A DNA stretch of 63,494 nt, the filler included, from Lenisia limosa (taxonomy: Eukaryota; Protista; Breviatea), in the NCBI GenBank assembly GCA_001655205.1. It is 12 parts of 12 records of this genome, joined end to end, with 100 filler letters (N's around TTAATTAATTAA, not from the genome) between each part and the next. Parts side by side here need not be neighbours in the genome. Positions count along the whole stretch, not along the records: positions 1 to 4,615 come from LPNZ01008551.1; positions 4,716 to 10,816 come from LPNZ01001138.1; 10 more parts are not named here. One strand, given 5' to 3'. Below are positions 1-8,940 of the stretch, piece after piece. How positions within the stretch are numbered: position 1 is the first letter of the stretch; every line of letters starts with the position of its first letter. The position numbers and the translations under genes were made by a program. Under the pieces are notes generated by a model. It saw nothing but the letters and a program-made list of their open reading frames with translations, ran no database searches and was not told the DNA's origin.

Positions 1-133
1 TGATGATTGTGATGATGAGGAGGGGTGGGGGGCAACAAAGTTGATTTTGCGTGTTGTTTTTTTTTACTCACCAAATTTTTCCATTGTTTTCCCCCCTAAT
101 ATTTATCGAAATTTCCTTCTTTGATTCCCCCAG

Positions 134-3100
134 CTCCCAATGAAGTTCATAACTCATGGTACATGTTGAGTCCCCTCCTCACCAAAAAAGAGCTCAAAGC
201 AATGGTATGTTCTACTGGTGAAGGTGATGATGATGGTGATGATGATAAGACGACAGTGCTGATTCAAATCTTATATCTCAGGATGCAGAGGGAGACGAGT
301 CAACTCCAGATCTTGGTGGGTAAAGGCGTTTTTTTTTTACAACAGAAAATCACGTAGAAAATAGGTCAAGTATGTCCTGATCACTGTTTCTCACCAAGAA
401 TACCAATACAACAAGACAATTTAAGAAATATCAATATTAGTCAATTTAAGAATTAATCAATACCATTATGGAGATGAGAAATAAAACAAGGTTGTGTCCG
501 GCCGAAGCCGTTTCCACCATCCCGCTTATAAGAGCTATTGGATTATAGTATAATCATTTGGCTTACAACTCACCTCATAGGCACAATCCGCCTTCGAGTT
601 GAGTGGGTACAGGAAGCAGTGCTCCCGCCGTCCGAGTACAATAATCTGCTCGAAGTTTGGGGGAAATTTGAGAGACGTTACGTTTCACAAACTAGGACCC
701 CCAAAATGGCCCGTTTTTTTTTTTCTCGTAAATGCACGATAATACAATGCAATGGGTCAATTTTTTTGGCTACCGTTTGTACTTGCCAAAACTTAGCAGT
801 GGTTGAATTCGGATTCCAATTTTGAATATCACACATTTTTGTCAGCAAAAGTTTAATCAGGCACGCATACATACTATACTGACCATGATAAGTAAAGCTC
901 AACATCCTGTGTTATCAGCCAACAGATTTGATTTTGGGCTTTTTGGGTTTCATAAAGTTTCCCATTTTACTTCCCCCCCCCCNNNNNNNNNNNNNNNNNN
1001 NNNNNNNNNNNNNNNNNNNNNNNNNNNNNNNNNNNNNNNNNNNNNNNNNNTCCGCGGCCGTGGCTCCGGCCTCAACGTCATTTGTCGGTTTTTAAGGGGC
1101 TTTTAATGGGTTTTTTTTGGCTTTTTAAGGGCTATTATTGGAGGTTTAAGGGGCGAGTTTTAGAGGTTGTTCTTTATCAGCGTCATTTGTCGGTTTTTTT
1201 AATCGGCTATTTTTGGGCCACACACTATCCCCCACAGACAACACACACATTTTTCATACTCCCCCCCCCCCCCNNNNNNNNNNNNNNNNNNNNNNNNNNN
1301 NNNNNNNNNNNNNNNNNNNNNNNNNNNNNNNNNNNNNNNNNNNNNNNNNNNNGAGACAGAGAGAGAGAAACAGGAGAAAAAAAGGGGGGCTGCGTACGAA
1401 ATATCGAGTATTATCTAAGGATTCTCGAGTATTATCTCAGGATTCTCGAGTATTATCTCAGGATTATCGAGTATTATGGAGGATTCTCTCACGCATCAGG
1501 TGTTCTGCCATGAGGAAATCCACGCTACTTTGGACCCGAACACCATCTTCCGCGGCAACTCGCTTGCAACCAAGACCTTCGACTCTTTCCTTAAGGTTGG
1601 GGAGGAAAATGGGAAAATGTATGAAACAAAAAAAGCCCAAAATCAGAAGGGGGAAGGGCAGTTTTTCTTTTTATATGAGGTGACCTGTTTTTTTAGTTCA
1701 GGTTTGACTATTTAGACTGTCGGGCCCAACTACCTATCAACAGTTCTTAGTATGGGGGTGGGGAATAGGGTGAACCAATATGCTAGGGAGGCATGCAGAA
1801 AGCTGGATGCACAGAGTAAGGAAAATGATTAGGTGAATTAATGCTATACTATTCAATATCTCTTANNNNNNNNNNNNNNNNNNNNNNNNNNNNNNNNNNN
1901 NNNNNNNNNNNNNNNNNNNNNNNNNNNNNNNNNNNNNNNNNNNNNNNNNNNNNNNGGGACTACTAATCAAGTGTCTGTAGTCTTTTGAAACAATAAAAGA
2001 TAAATATATTTAAAAGTTAGAATGGAGGGAATCGTTTGTACAGTGATAGGGTAGACAATATACTAGTTTGTAGTTTGGAGTAAAAATACTGTTTTTGAAT
2101 GGGAAAACAATAGAGGGAATAAAGATTCAGCGCAATCGGGATGGATATATAGGTATTAGGGCTTCCCTATGGTCCCAAAAAGACCTGTAAATATCAATAT
2201 TTTTTGATGAATATCGCAATATTCAGTCTTTTTTTTGACCGTAGGGGAACACTTGTTGATATCCATCATATAGAATGTACTCTAATATTGACCCCCTATA
2301 ATTTTTCATTTTTAGTCAGCCAACAGAATTGATTTTGGGTTTTTTTGTTTCTTAAATTTTCCAATCTTACTCCCCCACCCGCTAGAGCCTCATATTGACA
2401 AGATCTACGCTTTGAAGAACAAAATGGAGGTGGACCCAAATAAGGCCGACAACCTTTCAGAGGTTTGTAGGAGAGTGTTTCCCATTTTGGGACATAATTA
2501 AGGCTTCACTTCGGTTCAAAAAAATACTCCGGAAAATATGGATAACTTTTGAGAGTTTACCGAGAATTCAATCTTTTTTCGAACCGAAGTGAAACCCTAG
2601 GTGTATCAAATCCTGGGAAATAATCACACAATCCTTCAATGTTTATATTAATTATTAATTGCTTATCTAGGTTTATTGCTGTTGTTTCATCAATGTTTAT
2701 CAATGAATTATCGATTGCTTATCGATTATTTTAGGCGAAACTCGAGAAGAATATGGCGGACCTGAAGGGCGTGATTAACAGCTTGCTTGACGACATCTTT
2801 GCTCAGGTTGACGACTGCCCGTCTGACATCCGTGACTTGTTTACCACTTTGAAGGTGGGGGGGGGGGGCTACATATATATGTATACATTCACAACTCCCC
2901 CCCCATTAAAATATTACCTTTTTTTTTCCCCTTTTTTATTTTCCTTTTTCACTGGTGACTAGTACCTGTATTCTTCATAAAATTTCCTTCGTTTTACTCC
3001 CCCCCCCCCAGTCCGAAGTCTCCTTGGCATTTCCAACAGACCCCGTCATTCCCTATACCGTTGTGGCCGGTTTCGCGTTCCTGCGGTTCTTCTGCCCCTG

Positions 3101-4500
3101 CATTCTCAACCCCAAGCTCTTTGGCCTTGTCGAAAGTCGGTCAATTCTGCCTCTTTTTGCGTTTTTTCTTCTATTCTTCTTTTATTTTTCTTCTTTCTTC
3201 TTTTTTTTTTTTTNNNNNNNNNNNNNNNNNNNNNNNNNNNNNNNNNNNNNNNNNNNNNNNNNNNNNNNNNNNNNNNNNNNNNNNNNNNNNNNNNNNNNNN
3301 NNNNNNNNNNNNNNNNNNNNNNNNNNNNNNNNNNNNNNNNNNNNNNNNNNNNNNNNNNNNNNNNNNNNNNNNNNNNNNNNGTCGGTCAATTCGGCCTCTT
3401 GTTCGTTTTTTCTTTCTTCTTTTTTTTCTTCTTTTTTTTCTTCTTTTGTTCTCATTTTTTCTTTGATCCGTTCATCGAAAATGTCTTCGTTTACTCCCCC
3501 AGTACCCCCATTTACCACTATAGGCCACCCCAACGAGGTGCAGTCGCGCAATCTCACTCTCATCGCAAAGACCGTTCAGGTGAGGGAGGTATTATGTGGG
3601 TATAATGTTGATCAATTGGGGCTTTTTTTTTGTTTCGTAAAATTTCCTTATTTACTCCCCTCCCCCCAGAATCTCGCCAATCTCGTGGAGTTTGGCCAAA
3701 AGGAGAGCTTTATGGCGCCTATGAACGAACTGATTCTCTCGCGCAAAGAGGATATGAAGGAATGTCTCAATAAGTTCTCTGTGGGGGGGGGGGGAAGNNN
3801 NNNNNNNNNNNNNNNNNNNNNNNNNNNNNNNNNNNNNNNNNNNNNNNNNNNNNNNNNNNNNNNNNNNNNNNNNNNNNNNNNNNNNNNNNNNNNCCATCAT
3901 CATCATAATCACCACCACCATCATCATCAATAACTCCCCATAGTCGATGGCAAGCACCGTTATTCCCTCCGCTCCTCACGACATTTGCTTTGAGCTTGAG
4001 GCTGCGGGTTGTACGCGAATGTTACGACAAGCTATTTCACAGTGGGAGAGGGGCGCTTTTTTGTGTGTTTTTTTACAGTTGGGGGCTTATAAGCGTGATG
4101 GTGTCTATGGCATGGCTTCGGTCAGATGCTTCCTTGTTATATTTCTAATTTCAAGATAAGCGGACGGTGATCAATATATCATATTGTATATTCCTAAGTA
4201 ATTAAACATCATCAATTTCCTTCATTTCACCCCGAGTTTCATATACTTTCCAATTTCACCCTTATTAGACTCAACACAGTTGAGTTGGGCTGTTTTTTTT
4301 TGTTTCATAATTTTTCCAATTTTACTCCCCTGTTAGTTTCATAAAACGTCCTTAACATTCCTTGATTTCACCCGTTTAGAGTCAAGGATGACGCTGTTCT
4401 CTCGAAACTGAGTGAATTAGACAGTGCTGTAGAGGACTTAGAGAATCTGCTGAAGGAGGAAACTGAATTGCTTGACGTTTATGGTGTGAGTGATAATTAG
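134..4500 (+). CDS. C2 + RasGAP domain protein (GAP1/RASA-like), multi-exon, partial
   Basis: Spliced exons give GTIRLRVEWVQEAVLPPSEYNNLLE (581-654), TIFRGNSLATKTFDSFLK (1500-1595), DLKGVINSLLDDIFAQVDDCPSDIRDLF, VVAGFAFLRFFCPCILNPKLFGLV (FLR motif), RNLTLIAKTVQ|NLANLVEFGQKESFMAPMNELI. The TAG at 4498 may be intronic, so the 3' end is uncertain. Confidence 0.93.
474..570 (+). mobile_element. Family B interspersed repeat, partial, in RasGAP intron
   Basis: AAACAAGG..GGCCGAAGCCG..CACCATCCCGCTTATAAGAG..ATCATTTGGCTTACAACTC matches copies at 36598, 47757 and others. Confidence 0.8.
906..982 (+). repeat. Family F intron 3'-end module
   Basis: CAGCCAACAGATTTGATTTTGGGCTTTTTGGGTTTCATAAAGTTTTCCCATTTTACTTCCCCCCCC. 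Homologous acceptor-anchored copies at 2317-2385, 3606-3669, 4270-4336, 11405-11480(-), 12836-12890(-), 19885-19935(-), 47131-47166(-), 55615-55694, 59185-59265, 61878-61953. Confidence 0.9.
1401..1487 (+). repeat. 21-bp tandem repeat (GGATTCTCGAGTATTATCTCA, ~4 units), intronic
   Basis: Directly visible head-to-tail units with no spacers. Confidence 0.9.
1596..1644 (-). repeat. Reverse-complement copy of Family F module forming a 5' splice site
   Basis: GTTGGGGAGGAAAATGGGAAAATGTATGAAACAAAAAAAGCCCAAAATC. Its reverse complement aligns with 930-982 and it begins at the GT donor after the RGNSLATK exon. Confidence 0.85.
1779..1865 (-). mobile_element. Family B repeat, partial (truncated by gap)
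   Basis: TATGCTAGGGAGGCATGCAGAAAGCTG..ATGATTAGGTGAATTAAT; opposite orientation to the copy at 474 in the same gene. Confidence 0.8.
2157..2250. mobile_element. hAT-like MITE, subfamily A2, degenerate
   Basis: TAGGGCTTCCCTATGGTCCC...GACCGTAGGGG inverted ends; no intact TSD. Confidence 0.7.
2499..2599. mobile_element. hAT-like MITE, subfamily A1
   Basis: TAAGGCTTCACTTCGGTTCAAAAAA...TTTTTTCGAACCGAAGTGAAACCCTA; no TSD retained. Confidence 0.8.
2958..3011 (+). repeat. Family G intron 3'-end module
   Basis: TAGTACCTGTATTCTTCATAAAATTTCCTTCGTTTTACTCCCCCCCCCCCAG. Homologous copies at 11357-11398(-), 18515-18560(-), 20655-20695(-), 32296-32345, 51616-51695, 60294-60371. Confidence 0.9.
4086..4150 (-). 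mobile_element. Family B repeat, partial
   Basis: CTTATAAGCGTGATGGTG..GGCTTCGGTCAGATGCTTCCTTGTT core. Confidence 0.75.
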
Positions 4501-4615
4501 GGCTCCGTGCAATTAATCGCCAATATTCTTCACCGAAATTTCCTTTCCCCGTGATCGAGCGGTGGGACTCTTCAAAGTCTGGCTCGGGCTTGTTTTTTTT
4601 TTTTGTTTTTTTTGT

Positions 4616-4715
4616 NNNNNNNNNNNNNNNNNNNNNNNNNNNNNNNNNNNNNNNNNNNNTTAATTAATTAANNNNNNNNNNNNNNNNNNNNNNNNNNNNN
4701 NNNNNNNNNNNNNNN
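4616..4715. other. Artificial scaffold-joining spacer (44 N + TTAATTAATTAA + 44 N); first of 11
   Basis: Identical 100-nt construct. The 12-mer lies at 4660, 10861, 14051, 15958, 17989, 20740, 32390, 37481, 47026, 55041 and 61998. Segments: 1-4615, 4716-10816, 10917-14006, 14107-15913, 16014-17944, 18045-20695, 20796-32345, 32446-37436, 37537-46981, 47082-54996, 55097-61953, 62054-63494. Confidence 0.97.
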
Positions 4716-5108
4716 TATTATGGTGATGATGATTTCCACCCTCCCCTCCTCCGCTGTACCCCCTACCTTATCACTTGGCGATTTGTTTTCAGGCTCATCT
4801 TCAGACACCTTCAACTTCTGTAAACTGGACTCTGTTGTCGCTGTGCGAATTGTTACATTGGTTCGAAAAATATGGTTAAAATATATTTGTGTACACTAAC
4901 ATGTTTCTACTATAAGCCCAGTATGTATATGTTTATAAGCCCAGTAAAACATTATGTTCTCGAGAAGTTCACTCTTTTTAGAGTGAAAGACCCAAAAATA
5001 TTAATTCGCATGTATTTAGATTGTACGCTTTCAAAAGCTGAATTATTATGGTTACGTTTTGTCGAAATGGGATCATACATGAACATGCACTACCGTGATC
5101 ATTATAAT

Positions 5109-5206
5109 TAGCGCTTCCCTACGTTTCCGAAAAAGACTGAATTGCCCGATAAATTTCGACAAATATCGATATTTGACCGGTCTTTTTCGGACCGTAGGGA
5201 ACCCTA
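5109..5206. mobile_element. hAT-like MITE, subfamily A2
   Basis: TAGCGCTTCCCTACG...CGGACCGTAGGGAACCCTA; flanks ATTATAAT / ATTATATT (7/8 TSD match). Confidence 0.85.
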
Positions 5207-5390
5207 ATTATATTGAGTTTTGTCTTTAGTCAATCGTGATGCAGGATTTTTTGTCAGTGAATATTTGAACTAAAACTAGCATAAATTTTTTTTGTGTATG
5301 GTGTGTTCATTTCTCGCCTGGAAATCTCATAAATGTCTTCAGATCCATACCAATTACATGAGATACCAACGGAAATAAGGAAATCCAAAC

Positions 5391-5454
5391 TATTTTCATA
5401 AGAATCCCAAGTATTTTCATAAGAATTCCAATTATTCTCATAAGAATCCCAAGT
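5391..5454 (+). repeat. ~21-bp tandem repeat (TATTTTCATAAGAATCCCAAG, ~3 units)
   Basis: Directly visible. Confidence 0.85.
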
Positions 5455-7064
5455 ACGCGCCGTATTATTTTCATCCATGCCTACCCAGCTGTTTTCGTTC
5501 TGACTCGGAAAGATAATCCTGAAAAATAAAAATTAGTTGACGTATAAACCATCATAAAGTATAATACTACATCATATGATACAGAGGCATGTAGAAATTA
5601 CAATTATTTTCATAATATTTTTACATAATAGTTTATTACACTCTCTCATGTTGCATGAAGAATTTTTTCAACAATATTCACGCCAACCTCTTTAATTTCT
5701 TATAATACATGATAGAGTTAAACATATTATGTCATGTATAGCATGTAGAATTTCTACAATATTCATCCCCCACCTCTTTGATTTCGCTCAGGATGTCTTC
5801 CTTACATCCCTTCTTTGAGATCTGTAAAATGATGCTGATGAGAAATTGATAAGGTATAATACGGCGCATCGACTCAGGATTCTATTCCCTAGGGTTTCAT
5901 TTCATAAATGTCTCGATAAATCCTCGAAAAGTATCGATATTCAACCGTTATATTCTCCACATTACAACTTCATAAAACCTCCGTAACAAAAAACAAAAGC
6001 CAAGAAAACAGAATCCTGAGATTTTAAGCAGAAAGCCTCCACACAATCCTACATTACAACTTTATAATACCAAAAACCCTACTAACATACCCTAAGTAGG
6101 AAATCCTTGACGGTAGGGTCCAAATAACTCAGCATTCGACCTCCAGGCTCCCTAAACCCGTTATGTCTTCAATATTAGGTTTTCTCATTGCTATACGTAT
6201 ATTAAATAAGTAGGGTTAATCTTTGAACTTACATATTTGGGTCAACCCTTTCTATTATTTGGTAAACCTTTCTATTTTTGGGCTAACTTTCTCATTTTTG
6301 GTGTTGCATGAAACCCACTCTATTGACACCTTCAATATTTGTGGATGGCATTATTTACATATTCGCTTCAAACCCTACAACGCCCCCCTACGGCATTTTG
6401 AGGAGATCAAAGGACTTAAATATGGCTTGTCCAAACTTGTCGTTAAATTCTGTCAAGATAATTGGAGAAGAGCCAAAATTAAAGATTATTTAGTCGATAT
6501 GTTTGACTAAAGAACTAAAGATAAACAATGTTTCAGCACTTTTCACTGTAACTGTACAAGATAATTTGGAGAAGAGCCAAAATTAAAAACCAGATGTATT
6601 AACTGAAATATTGTAAAACACTCTTTCAACATTCTTTTATGATAAAATACAATTCTGGCTACAATCGGTGAGAAAAGATTGGCTAATACAAACTCATCGA
6701 TATTTTAACGAGATAATCGATCATTTTCTGGATAGAAGTGATGCCCTATATATAATGAACATACTGTGAACTTTGACAAGCTCGTCTAGTGCTGTTAGAG
6801 TGGAGACATACCAACTTCCCTAACAGGTAAACAATAGGACTCTGTGCAAATAATTGAAAGAATAGTTCAAAATTTGAAGTGAGACGTATTGTCATGGTAT
6901 CTCCATTTACATTAGATGGAACACGCTAATTTTGTCAATTTCTTCAAAAAAATTGCATGGATTCATGAAAAACCACAAAAATGGAGCAATAACACAAAAA
7001 TAATCGATATTTGACTATCTGATCTGTGTTTGCAAATGATTTAAACACCTCAGTCACCCACAAC

Positions 7065-7163
7065 TAGGGCTTCACTTTGGTTCGAAAAAAGACTGAATTT
7101 CTCGATAAATCCTCAAAAACTATCGATACTTACCGGGTTTTTTCGAACCGAAGTGAAGCCCTA
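7065..7163. mobile_element. hAT-like MITE, subfamily A1, with perfect 8-bp TSD
   Basis: TAGGGCTTCACTTTGGTTCGAAAAAAGAC...TTTTTCGAACCGAAGTGAAGCCCTA; CCCACAAC at 7057-7064 and 7164-7171. Confidence 0.93.
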
Positions 7164-7210
7164 CCCACAACCCTACAGGTTTTTTCATAGTTGCTTTCTC
7201 AATCAGACGG

Positions 7211-7437
7211 ATGTATTCCACAATCTACATGGAATGTAAGTGGTGTATTCCACAATCTACATGGAATATAGGTGGTGTATAGGAAGAAAAAATCAGCTAG
7301 ATGGTCCCTTGAAATTGACTTTCAAAAGATGGTGAACATAGATTTCATATTACTTTCAAAAGATGGATAACATGGATATCATATTACTATCAAAAGGTGA
7401 ACATAGGATTCATTTAAAAGAGGGTGAACATGGATAT
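7211..7437 (+). repeat. Two adjacent degenerate tandem repeats (~33-35 bp units)
   Basis: TGTATTCCACAATCTACATGGAAT x2, then TTCAAAAGATGGTGAACATAGATTTCATATTAC-like x~4. Confidence 0.75.
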
Positions 7438-8352
7438 TGTTTGTTTATTCCACTTTCTGCTTAAATTTGAACATGATACTTCTGCCTGGGGAATATCCCA
7501 GATTTAGGGTACATTTCTAAAATTTAAGAATTCTATTCTGATAATATAATCGTGTACCACCTGCCTTATCTAGCTGTCAACTCACCTCATCAGGAGTTTT
7601 AATAGTTTCGCCCATTTGTTGAGTAATGTGTCGAACCTGAAGTATCAACTCATTAACGAGATGAAAAACAAAACAAGGTCGATCATCACCCTCATAAGAG
7701 ATTTTGAAGGAGGAGTACAGAAAGGAACACCTGTCATCAAAACTATCTGTAGGAAATATAGGACATGTAACCTGGTAGGATAATATGATAATAATCAGGG
7801 CTCCGTGCAATTTAAAAATTAATTTCAAAATTTGACGTGGGACATAGTGTAAAGAGAACTTAATTTCAGCCACTTTGATTTAAAAAAATTTCAATTAATC
7901 TCCTAATTGTAATGTAATATTGTATGATATGTATATGTTGCAGTGACCATGAAAAGTCCTTACACGATTGACTGACTATAAAGCCCAACATGCGTTTCAT
8001 AACTTCTAAAGTTTAGAGTATATTGTGCGCAGCAAAATTATTGCGCCGTTTTGTACTGTTCAGGGGTAATGAATAAACCTATTTAACTCCAAATACTCAA
8101 TGATCTTCGCACCGCTTTTACATTATCAACATACGCCACTTACATCTTCACTCCGAAGAATTCCGGTGTTATCTCCCCAGGAAACCGGTTTTTGCTTTTT
8201 TACAAATCCTAAAGCATCATTTGGTACATCTCAAGAGCACAGAAATCATGAATTGTTGAATTAATCATAATCAAATATGATATCTTAAAGATGTCAAAAA
8301 TACAATAATTACAACATGCTGCAATACGGAATTCATGTTCTATATTTCATAG

Positions 8353-8940
8353 TATAAGATGAAGTTGAAGAGGAACTTCAGCACACAAGGGCACAACTGG
8401 GGGCTCTTATGAGTAAGTTCTGATTCCCATTGTTTACATGGAAATTACACTACATTTATGGAAATCTGAAGAAATTGATGAAATTCCCAAATACAACATT
8501 GGAATTCAAGTCCATTCACCAAAGTGTGGGTATGATAAATAACCAGTGTTCTCCCACCTTTCTGCCATGGTTTGGGTTGAACTGTTTTAACGTTTTGTTG
8601 GGGCTGAAGGAATAAGGGGATTTAAATAATCATTTATTGTCTCATATGGGAGGCTTTAATTCATCTAAGGTGAGGTTGTGTAATGGGGGGTTGAAATGTT
8701 AAAACGTGTGTAAACGTGCTAAAAAGTCTGAAACGCCCCTGCATTAGATGATTAAAAGCTCCCCTTGTTTAAATGATATAAGTACCCTATATCGGCCTAG
8801 AAATACACTGGCCTATTAATAATTTGGCCAAGAAATGATGATATAAAGTTCACCGCCCCTACATTAGAGGGTTTGGCCACACTTGGAGACGAGAGTGCCG
8901 CCTCCCATCGTTTGGATAGCGATGATATCACGCTAAAGAA
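8353..8940 (+). CDS. Possible exons of an unknown protein
   Basis: DEVEEELQHTRAQLGALM|GTAAGT and GLATLGDESAASHRLDSDDITLK|GTAAGG look like GT-AG exons; no family match recognised. Confidence 0.3.

Noticed and set aside
1082-1683. Long ORFs in the supplied track that run through N gaps or introns
   Set aside because: They are open only because of X runs or low-complexity intron sequence; recognisable protein motifs occur only in short GT-AG-bounded parts.
3136-3400. Direct repeat GTCGGTCAATTC on both sides of a gap
   Set aside because: Most simply an overlap or allelic duplication produced by scaffolding across the gap.
4660-4671. Recurrent palindrome TTAATTAATTAA (11 copies) as a biological repeat
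   Set aside because: Always flanked by exactly 44 N on each side, and gene models break at each copy. It is a contig-joining spacer, so no gene-neighbourhood inference across it is valid.
7065-7163. GGTTCGA in MITE A as a Pol III B-box (tRNA or SINE)
   Set aside because: It is part of a symmetric TIR, with no A-box or cloverleaf, and 8-bp TSDs indicate a DNA transposon.
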